A model generated the notes under the pieces. That model was not told the origin of the DNA. It was given only the letters and a program-made list of their open reading frames with translations, and searched no databases. Shown here piece by piece: positions 38,101 to 50,100 of a stretch of 64,000 bases of DNA; the stretch's first letter is position 1, and each line of letters opens with the position of its first letter. The translations under genes and the position numbers were made by a program. The stretch spans positions 487,901 through 551,900 of the forward strand of contig NMRA01000095.1 of the NCBI GenBank assembly GCA_002633005.1, written 5' to 3'. The DNA is from Phoronis australis (lineage: Eukaryota > Animalia > Phoronida).

Positions 38101-41100
38101 TGTCTACTACTCAACAAATTTCATTACAAACTACTGCCGTTGCATCTAACGCGACTACTATTTCAAACTACAACACGACTACTTTTACTTCTAGTATTTC
38201 AGACCAGATCTTGCAAAGTAGTGAAGTTTCAGTTTCACCTACTATGACTTCCACAACTGTGTATCCTAGATCTACAGAAGATGCGGCATCATCTATTGTG
38301 ACCATGTCAAGTGTGCCATTAACGACTGCTGTGTCTAGTTCTACTAATTCTAACCTAATTGCTACTACTTTGCAAACTACGGATAGTAGGAGGGCCATAA
38401 CTACAACTAATGGTGTAAGTACTACAGTAGCAGACGAATTATCGACTGACTCTACAGTAAGTTCAAAAGTTTTCTCTGTTGTTAGTTCTAGTGAAACAAG
38501 TCCTAGTACTTCAGTGTCTGCAACAATGACTAGTTCAGACGTCACCTCCTCAGTAATTACAACTAATAGTGTTGGTTCGTCAACTAGTTTAATTGAAACA
38601 TCAAATAGTACTGATGCTAGTGTTAGTTCTAGCAGTATTACTGTGACATCAACGCAGCCTTTTACTATTAGTTCAGACATATCCTTCTCAAGAAGTACGA
38701 GCAATAGTGTTGGTTCATCAACTAGTTCAACTGAAACATCAGGTAGTACTGACACTAGTGTTAGTTATGGCACTGTTACCGTGACATCAACAGAGCCTTT
38801 TACAACTAGTTCAGACACAACCACCTTACCAAGTACCACTAGTAGTGTTGGTTCATCAGTTAGTACTCATGACTCTGTTTCTACTAGTAATGTTTTCATA
38901 ACATCAACGGAGCCTTTTAGGACTAGTTCAAACACAGCCTCCACACCAAATACAACTAGTAGTGTTGGTTTGTCAACTACTTTACTAGAGACTATCACTG
39001 ATACCCCTGTTACTACCAGTAATGTTACATCAACAGAGCCTGCTAGGACTAGTTCATACATAATCTCCACACTAAGTACAACAACTAGTATTGGTTTATC
39101 AACTAGTTTACTAGAAACATCAGCTAATACTGATCCCTCTGTTACGACAAGTAGTACTAATATGACATCAACAGAGCCTGATACATCTAGTTCAAACATA
39201 ATCTCCACACCAAGTACAACAACTAGTGTTGGTTTATCAACTAGTTTACTAGAAACATCAGCTAATACTGATCCCTCTGTTACGACAAGTAGTACTAATA
39301 TAACATCAACAGAGCCTGATACATCTAGTTCAAACATAATCTCCACACCAAGTACAACAACTAGTATTGGTTTATCAACTAGTTTACTAGAAACATCAGC
39401 TAATACTGATCACTCTGTTACTGCAAGTAGTACTAATATAACATCAACAGAGCCTGATACATCTAGTTCAAACATAATCTCCACACCAAGTACAACAACT
39501 AGTATTGGTTTGTCAACTAGTGTACTAGAAACATCGGCTAATACTGATCCTTCTGTTACTACAAGTAGTATTAATATAACATCAACAGAGCCTGATACAT
39601 CGAGTTCAAGCATAATCTCCACACCAAGTACAACAACTAGTATTGGTTTGTCAACTAGTTTACTAGAAACATCAGCTAATACTGATCCCTCTGTTACGAC
39701 AAGTAGTACTAATATAACATCAACAGAGCCTGATGCATCTAGTTCAAACATAATCTCCACACCAAGTACAACAACTAGTATTGGTTTATCAACTAGTTTA
39801 CTAGAAACATCAGCTAATACTGATCCCTCTGTTACGACAAGTAGTACTAATATAACATCAACAGAGCCTGATGCATATAGTTCAAGCATAATCTCCACAC
39901 CAAGTACAACAACTAGTATTGGTTTATCAACTAGTTTACTAGAAACATCAGCTAATACTGATCCCTCTGTTACGACAAGTAGTACTAATATAACATCAAC
40001 AGAGCCTGATGCATCTAGTTCAAGCATAATCTCCACACCAAGTACAACAACTAGTATTGGTTTATCAACTAGTTTACTAGAAACATCAGCTAATGCTGAT
40101 CCCTCTGTTACGACAAGTAGTACTAATATAACATCAACAGAGCCTGATGCATCTAGTTCAAACATAATCTCCACACCAAGTACAACAACTAGTATTGGTT
40201 TATCAACTAGTTTACTAGAAACATCAGCTAAAACTGATCCCTCTGTTACGACAAGTAGTACTAATATAACATCAACAGAGCCTGATGCATCTAGTTCAAG
40301 CATAATCTCCACACCAAGTACAACAACTAGTATTGGTTTATCAACTAGTGTACTAGAAACATCAGCTAATACTGATCCCTCTGTTACTACAAGTAGTGCT
40401 AATATAACATCAACAGAGCCTGATACATCTAGTTCATACATAATTTCCACACCAAGTACAACAACTAGTATTGGTTTATCAACTAGTTTACTAGAAACAT
40501 CAGCAAACACTGATGCCTCTGCTACTACAAGCAGTACAGATATATCAGCAGAGCCTGTTACAACTAGTTCAGTAGCAACATCAGCTACTACCAATCCTAG
40601 TATTGTTATCACAACATTAACAGAATCTACTTGGACCAGTTCATACATAACTTCTACACCTAATACAACCAGTCATATTGGTTTCTCAACTAGTCCAGCT
40701 GGTACTGATGCTTCCAGTACAGTTTTCTCCACATCAACAGAGCAGGTAATAACTAGCTCAAATGTAATTTCCACACCGAGTACAACCAATATTGTTGGTT
40801 CGTCATCTAATGTAGCTGAAATATCGACTAGTACTGATGCTACAGTTACTTCAAGTATTGTTGCTGTAACACCTACAAATTCTGTTAAGACCAGTTCAGA
40901 TATAACGTCCCTACCGAGTACAACACTGATCGACACCACAACCAACCGCCACAGTCAAAATACAACAACAATGTCTGTATCAGTCACCCATTCCATTGTA
41001 CCTACAGTTATCCCCAATGTCACCACATCCAGTTCAACTAATGTAACAGTGACCTCTATTGAGGCCACAACAGTTAGTGTGGTCACCAACGCGACAGCGA

Positions 41101-44100
41101 CAGTGAACAGCACAGCAGCACCATCAGTGAATACGACCACTATTGGTGCGGGCACTACAACACCTGTGACGACCATTAGTTCTACAACTACCGTGACTGA
41201 TCCCGTGACAACTGCACTCGTCCCGACGACTCAGAAGTTCAACACAAGTACAGCACTTGAAGAGTATTGGGTAACAACTGGTGAGTTGGTTTCATTTCTG
41301 TAAAGAATGGCATCTTTACACCTCTGTATAGTTCAGTTTCTTTTAATAAAAGTGGTTATAACAAAATATACAAAAGAATGTTCGTGGTAATCGATAAGAT
41401 TGTGGACTTAATAAGTATTTCAATTTCTGGTTGCTCTTCTGACTGTTATTTTGATGATCGACCCGACTGCTTCAATGCATGACATCATCGATTTTGCCTG
41501 AGCTTTTTATTGTTGACAAAGCGAAAGGTGCCGTGTAGCTAAATACCCGGCCACGTGCTTTAACACTGGTCAAGCTTTTTAGTAGTCTTCGATTCGCGGT
41601 TTTCACGTGTAGGCCTACAAAGAAATTTTGATTCCTGTTGAAAGCGAGAAATATGTACAAAGCAATCCCGTAGATAGTACAGTACTTCTGTTCTGGAAGG
41701 CCAGGCCATTGGTCCTGGCAATATCAGCAGAACTTTTGTGTTCGTTTTGAGGCATGGCGGAAGTTTGAAGTGTATAGCCACGGCTAAATACTGACATAGC
41801 AGTGAGGCTCGTGGTCTACAAATTCTGCGCACAATGATTTTTTTCAGGACTGTCGAATATTATTGATAAATAGAATTTTAGGACTGTAGGTAAGGCATTT
41901 TTCGCACGTACACGTTCATGGACTGGGCGCTTATTTTAGCAAAATCTGAAAACGCATGGGGGGCGCTTATAGGGGCATGGGCGGTTATTACGGTGAATAC
42001 GGTAATCACCTCCATGTTAGCTGTTCGCAGGTGTATTTCAATTGGGTTGGCTACCACTGCTATACGGATATTTTGACTTAAGGAGCTATGAGAATGGCTT
42101 CCATAGATATTTCTGAAGCTGACTGAAGCTTTCAAGTGGAATTAGACATCGGACTGAAATTGTGGCTTGTGTTCCGCAAAACTGTTTCCAAGAAATAACA
42201 CTTAAATAAAGCACAATGTCTATGAGAAAATCTGAATTTTTTGTGGGTTATTCAGTCAATTTATGTATTGTGCAATAAGTGTAAAAAATGTACTCACAAG
42301 TTTTCAGTATTTAGTGAAATGGGAGCTCACGTGAAAATCCTGGCTTCAGATGAAAGCTATATTTTATGAAAAGAATCATTGAAAACGGTTCAAATTTCAG
42401 TTGTGAGAGTGAAGTTGGATGAGGACGTGTCCACCCCTGGCTTTAAAACAAAGATGGAGTCGAAGCTTGCTGAGGCTTATAACGACCAGTTTGTGAAGAT
42501 GGAACAGGCTTTGTTGGGGGGTAGTAGAAAGAAGAGACAAACGTCCAGTGATGATAATTTCTTTTCGGCGTACATTAGAAAGAAGCGCCAAGCACAGATG
42601 TACGTGAAAAAACTGGTTTCCAGACACAAGAGAGCTGCAAATGTCAGTGATGTCACTGTTGTGGTATGTGTTTCTTCAATTCATGTCAGAAATAATCGGG
42701 ACAAAATTTCTGTTTCCCGTCAAGACGTGTAATGACCCATCATCCCAGCTACTTTCACCATGAATTCTATTCGCTATTAGTATTCGTGTTACGGAATTGT
42801 GGGTCATTTTCTGGGACTATTTTTGGTGTATTTTGTTATGTTAGAATAAGAGTATGAAAGATAGTTTGTCGGAGATATCACTTCTCGAAAAAACAAATAG
42901 TACATCGGAGTGTATGAACACGCAACACTTTACATCGGAGTGTATGAACACGCAACACTTTACATCGGAGTGTATGAACACGCAACACTTTACATCAGAG
43001 TGTATGAACACGCAACATTTTACATTGTAATGGATCACAGTCTTGTCTTTGTGACAAAATTTTCAAATCTGGATTTTCTTCACACCATAAAACACAAAGG
43101 TGAAGGGCCATCCAGTCATAACAATAAAACAGACTCCTTTTCAGACAAGCACTGTTGATGACGTCTGCCCTCTCTCTCAATATAAGTACTTGCTCGTTTA
43201 AGCTTCCACATTGATGATGATCGGCCGTATGTTATCAGGTTTTTGATGTCATTTCTTCCTGTGATTTGCATTTATATTGTTTCGATAATATAAATCTCAA
43301 AAATGTTCCGGTTGACAGTTGAAACCAACTCATGCTCACGTTTTTCTTTATCCTCAGATGGTGAACATTCGGCGACTTGAAAAGGAGACATCTCAGTCCA
43401 CGAATCTTACATATTACATTGTGAAAGGCGACAATGTAGTACCAGTGGCGACGGCTGTAAATGTGATGAATCAATATGACGCGCAAGAACTGGGACTGAA
43501 ACTTGGGTATTATGTGGAGACACCGGCTCAAGGTAACTATGGCNCTCAGTATAAGTACTTGCTCGTTTAAGCTTCCACATTGATGATGATCGGCCGTATA
43601 TTATCAGGTTTTTGATGTCATTTCTTCCTGTGATTTGCATTTATATTGTTTCGATAATATAAATCTCAAAAATGTTCCGGTTGACAGTTGAAACCAACTC
43701 ATGCTCACGTTTTTCTTTATCCTCAGATGGTGAACATTCGGCGACTTGAAAAGGAGACATCTCAGTCCACGAATCTTACATATTACATTGTGAAAGGCGA
43801 CAATGTAGTACCAGTGGCGACGGCTGTAAATGTGATGAACCAATATGACGCGCAAGAACTGGGACTGAAACTTGGGTATTATGTGGAGACACCGGCTCAA
43901 GGTAACTATGGCATACGTGCTTAAAGTAATTAAATATAATTGTACACTTATAGGTTAAATGTCCTGAAATTAGGATATGGAATTAATTTTAAATATCCAA
44001 GGACATGCTAATGACCAGTTTAGATATTGTGTGGCTCTCAATGGTAACAAAAGTATTCAGTTATTCCTGTGTTGCATGTAGCTTTGTGTTAAATTTTACT

Positions 44101-47100
44101 GCCCACTCGTCCAAAGACTAGAATTGTTCCTCGAAAAGTGTAATAATGTATAACATTGCATGGCGAGGTCTACTACCTAGGTACAAAACCTGCAAACAAC
44201 TGTTGAATGTCTGAATTATTGTAAAATCAGACTCATGCTACTTCATATGGTCCTTCACTGCAGTGTACTCCCCCGCTCCTCCTGCCCCCGGCCCTCCGCT
44301 GTGGATCATCGGTGCTGCCATCGGAGGCTTTGTCTTCTTAGTCATTGTCCTGTGGCTTATTCTCTTCATCTACTTCCGAATGTGCCGTAATCGCCAGCCG
44401 CCCGACGAAGAGGAGAAAGTGGGCGGAGAGAATGGCGAGCCTGAACTGATTGGAGTGAAGCGCCGGCAGTCTATGGTTTGTTTTCCTTTTGAAATGCTTT
44501 GTACATTTGACCAGTTTGCTTTTTATTTTGGTTTGTACATTTGACCAGTTTGCTTTTTATTTTGGACTTGATCCATGTGTAGAACCAATTTACAGACAGA
44601 CAGTAATGATGGATCTGGCCAAGGATGTCTACGATCTATGCTATGCTTTATCAACCATTAAAAGTATGCATTTTTTACTTCTTTGAAGTAGTCGGTGTCG
44701 AAATTATAATTTTAATGACATTTCAATGGTATTTGTAGGGTTACGGTCCACCCCCTAAGAGTGCACCTCAACCAGCCTACAGGGCCAGACAAGAGACGTT
44801 GAGGGAGAGGGCCAGATACTTGGAAGATGGACTGGACTTTGAGACACACCAGACACCTGAGCATGGACTGAAGGCTACTAGAGGGTATGTGAACTGTAGT
44901 CGATGTCATCTGGTGGTGAGCTAATGAGTACAATCATGTATACCATAACATTTAGACCTGGGTCGTCTCCAAGTGGGGGTACCTTGTCAAGGATGACTAA
45001 TATTTGACTAGACAAGCTGTTAGCAAGTTAGGTAGACTGATATGCTGTTAGGTAAACAAATTAATTTAGAGATCGTCACTTTAATTGGCATACCCTAAGG
45101 AAATGAGTTGACCTATTTGGGTTATGAAATGGAAAGCTGTGTTACATTTGTAGTCTGTCAGGAAGATTTCATTAAAGTTTGATTTCTGAAAATTTTTGAG
45201 AAAATGTCACTATGTCTGGCATACTAAGAACTACTTAACGTTAGTTCCCTAAGTTGTGTGACCATGCTGTTGACATATTTATTTCATTTTCATTGTTTAG
45301 AATGACCATATATGGTATTTTTATATTTTCCTGCTATGGCTAATCGTATCAGAATGAGACCTTGCAGAGTGTCATTTTATGCAAAGTAATTATTCTGGGC
45401 AGAAAATCAATCAAGTGTGCAGAGGCCTATTCCAAGAAGACTGACTTAGTTAAGAGAAGTCTTAATAAATGTTCAGTCATTTTTAAAATAGAACTTTAAT
45501 TTGTCTTAAGTTCATTCCAAGAAAATGATCATAAGTTTGACTTCAGTTTCTGACTTAAGTTTTGTCTTTTGTACCAGTTGTGGCATTTTCTAAGTTTGGA
45601 GGTTGAGATAAATGTTAAACTTAAGTTGGTTTCTTGGAACGGGCCCCAAACTCATAGTTACTCTGACCTGTCAGCTGTGAGCTACAATAGGTCCAGGCAC
45701 TGTTGATAAGTAGCCGTACTACATATATAGTCAGTCCGTTGATCTTTGAACTGTGACCATATAGTTCATAGAATTCACTTTTTGTGTGTAGATGTTTTAA
45801 GAGTCTGGCTAAAAAATTGTTTTTTCACCGAGCAATTGTTAAACATTTTTATGGTTTCTGTCACTTGAATTGTGTCTATTTACATTGATGGAGACTTTTT
45901 TGTCTGTGCTGAGTGCTGTGGTTCATTTGAAGGTCTGACCCAATCCACCCCAACACAGCTTCACTATTGTCGCAGTGTGTTGATGTAAGATGGGTCTTCC
46001 TCTTTATACTACACAGCTTCAATTTCATCTGTATTCCAGAAAGCAGATCAGTTATGAGTCTGAAGTCAGTGAAGCATGGACTGAGGCGACGGAAGATGAG
46101 ACTCGGGGTCAACATAACCAACTTATTAGGAGCAAGACGCTTGATAGAAAGAGAGCTTCCAGAAAGAATGCCAAGCAGAAGGCAAAGAGTATGGACTTTG
46201 TTGTCGTTTTCAGATGCATAGTCAAGCAGACAAAAATATTTGTCTGTGTCAGGCTGCTCTTCAGTGGGGTATTGTTTTTGTATTTGGAAAATATTGATGT
46301 TGTATTTATGAATTTCAGTGATCAAGTTAGAATACGTAGTTTAAAAGATATTAAACTGGGTTTTGGGCTTTAACAGATAGTAACGACTTTCCTATCCAGC
46401 TTTCAAAAATAATATTATGCTCTGTAATTCTCAGCACCGCTTAAATGTTTGGATGAAATTTTGAAAACACCTGACAAATTCTCCTAAATGAGCAAGCATT
46501 GCCTATGCTTTTGGGCAGGATACATGACAACTGTGGGAAAATATCACCCGTCAAGAACCGTGATATCCATTCTTTGACTCAATCAGTATGTGTTCTTAGT
46601 TGAATCCTGTTTTTATCACTCAAGTGAGACATAAATGGTGCTTTCACAGGGGACATAATTAGTATTGGTTAGAGTTTAGTATCCCTTTAAGTAAGGAATT
46701 CTGTTTGCCATAATGTACAAGTGTTGTATTATGATCAAGTATTTGTAATCAGGAAATGTTGCATAACACTTCAATAATGTTGTCAATTATTACTTTGCTG
46801 GCCTTGTCTTTCATTAAGTGACAAACTCTGGCAAGATTATTATTTTTAGTGACTAGGATATTTAATGCCTATAACTTTCACAGGAGTTCAACCCAGTCCT
46901 CATACCCCAGGCAGTGTACCCTCAAAAGACACCTCTGTTCACAAGACACCCACTGTGAAGGTACAATCTAGTATCCTTGAGGAACCACTTCCACCTCTTC
47001 AGCAGACATCCTTGACTGGACGGTCACCAAATGAGTCACTGGGGTCAGAGGTCAGTATGCACTCCGGTGAAGGATTTCACAAGCCAATGGAATGACGATT

Positions 47101-50100
47101 CGTTTTACGGGAACAGTGATTTCTGTAGCTCTCTTAAGAGCAAGAAGCTTTTCTTGTAAAATGCCAATATTCTACAAAGGGAGATTTTTTAATCAAGTCA
47201 TCAATTTGTCAACTGTTGCAAGATTACATCTGCTTGGTTGTAAATGATTTTTGACCACTGAAGGTCAAATATTATCACCTACAAAAACTGGTGTTTACCT
47301 TATTTGCAAACCTAGATTTATGTCTAATTTTGGCATAAGCTACTTAAAACAAAAATGATCTGATAGTTTAGAAAACTGTAACAGCACTTTTAACGTTTCA
47401 ACTTGAAATTTATGTCAAAAAGAATTTGCACTTTTTGATAACTTAGTTTTTCTATACATTTCTTTTTGCTTCATTTTACCCAGTTGTGGCCAAATAATTG
47501 GTACTTTAGAAAATATATACTTTTAGAGAGTTGAATTCTACAGTTTTGTGAATATTTACCTAAACACACAAAATTTTTCATCAAGCTTTTACATAATCCT
47601 AAAGTAAATCTTTAAAGGCAACTGTGGAAAAGCGACCATTCATTTGCACATTTTGAAAGTTTTAATCAAAATTACAAAAATTGCAACATGATTCCTGGGA
47701 TTAGAATTTCCCTACATCAACTTTTGAAAATAATTGTCAAAACAAATACAAAAATATCCGATCTTAAAAGTATGACCGAAAACTAAATGTTATTCAGCTT
47801 TTTGAGGAAGTAGGCGTGAATTTCCGTCTTTTTAATTCCAGTTGAGCCACTCTTTGAAACAGAAAGCTGACATTGAACGGTGGAGAAACAAACAGCGTGC
47901 TAGGGGGCTGCAGAGCTTAAAGAGATCCTGGCAACCAAAGGGTGAGATTTATAGGAACAAATTGACTAATAGTGCCGTGGTATTAGCAGGGACTCGTATA
48001 GCAGACGTCATTGGGATGCCTAGTTTTAAAAAATGACAGCTTGACCTGCACTGCCATTAGAGAAGATGGCCCATTTCTAGACAATCTCAGCAAAAACAAT
48101 GGCTAATCGAAGAATTTCAATATTTCTTATTAATAAATAATTGCATTGAAGCCTATTTTGATAAATACTCACACATAAATTGAGATTATAGACACTGTCT
48201 ATTTTTGCCATACATGTCACACTTATGGTCGACAAATGCTGGCAGCCATGTTTTTCGGGGGGGAATACTTGCCTATCATGTGATTTCAAGGTGACCTCAT
48301 CCATAATCCGGGGATATTGCGAGTGTCAATCTTGCCAATCTAGACCCTACTTTTCAAATACTAGCTGGGTCCCTTGGTATGAGTATCCAAATATAGTAAA
48401 GAATAGTGTGGCTATATATCTTTATTGACAAACAGTTGGGCTTACTGCTCTTCAGTACTCAAGTGAAAATACTGAGTAGGTATGCTGTGGAAGACCCTTA
48501 CTGGTTTTACACAAGGCACAACTGAATGATTGCAAGACTGCAAGAGCCGTGCTGAGTTACACAATAAACTCTTACTGAAGTCACCAAAAGTAGGTCAATA
48601 CAAATACTCTACATTATTTCAACACTTCCAACACGTTATTATTATTCACAACGTTTCGGCCTCAAGAAGCGTTCAAGTTTTAAGACTGGAGCTACTTTTG
48701 TCTCTTGAATTGAACTTGAAACTGACGATGAGACATTAAAGCCCTCTCAATGGATGTCTGTCTGGCTTCCCGCAGTGCCGTGTATGGAGTTTTCTTTTTC
48801 TCCAGATTTAGCTCGATCTCGGAAGGACATCGACAGAACCCTTGGAGTGGCCAATTCTGACGATAGTTTACCTGCTGTGTTCAAGTCAGCTAAGTCCAAG
48901 TAAGCAATTGCTGTTCACTTGTAGAAAGGATTTCCATCGCATTCTGACAGTTGGTTATCCTATGTAGGACTTAGCAGGAATGATTCAGGGTGACAGTTAG
49001 GGTGACCGTATGCCGAATACACATAACTGTGTAGCGCTCGTAAGTCTCAAGATGTGATCCAGTGTTTATTTAATTACATTGTGAATTTACTTTTGTTTCA
49101 TGAAAAATGGCTTATTAAGACTTAAGTCAGAAATTTGGTCTTGCGCTCCAGGCAACTATTTCTGAAAAATTATTAAATATTACTTGTGCAAAAGTGCAGT
49201 GTCTGGGAATATATACATATCTGCTAACTACCGTACTGACTCAAATAATTACTAGACATTATTTCCATCCAGATTGCAATATGCTAATAATAACTGACCT
49301 TCGTGCAGCAATTGTGAACTGGGGTCATAAGACCAAATTTCTATCTTATGTTAATTTCAAGAGACAGATCCCTGGTTGGTGCAGAAGCTAATTTTCTCAA
49401 GGAATTGACAAGATGTTGCAAAAACGATCTGTTTTGTTGAAGTTATGGAAAAAATTGTGAAGGAAGCGGGTTAAGAATAAACAGCGGGTATCTGATCAAA
49501 TCACAAAACATGTACCGAATTTTTAGAGATGTTTTGTTTTTCTTGAAAACTACTATTAACGGCCTCTTTTTGTATGTTACCGAAGTTTTGTGGTGTAAAA
49601 TTATTAATGATGATGATGGTTATGCAAATATGAAATGTTTGACTAAATTGCAGAAAGAAGAAGAAAGCTCACAATACATCGGGTGTTGATGCCGATGCTT
49701 TGGAGAAGTTGTTATCTGAAATAAAACACCAACGGGATGGTAGTTATTCGGTAGGTGTTTGTACAGTTGTCGGGGGATGAGAGTTATTCGGAAGGTCTTT
49801 GTACAGTTGTGTTGGGGAATGGGAGTTTTTCGGTAGGTCTTTGTACAGCTGTGTCAGGGGGATGGGAGTTATTCGGTAAGTGTTTGTACAGTTGTGTTGG
49901 GGGGATTTTCTAAATGAATTTCAACAACTTACCCGATTCGTTTAATTTTTTGACCAATCATGTTTTTTCGTTATCAGTGTGTTAAACACAGTCTTTTTCG
50001 TTAAGCATGTCAGTCTTGTCGTTTGTTGAAATAATCGATTGCTGTGCTTTGAACAGAATGAAGGATTCACCACTGATACTGCGGACACGGAGGCAGACGA

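Noticed and set aside
29564-41176. Many minus-strand Val/Leu/Asp/Glu-rich ORFs up to 412 aa
   Set aside because: They are antisense shadows of the repetitive Ser/Thr codons of the mucin exon, with no independent gene signals.
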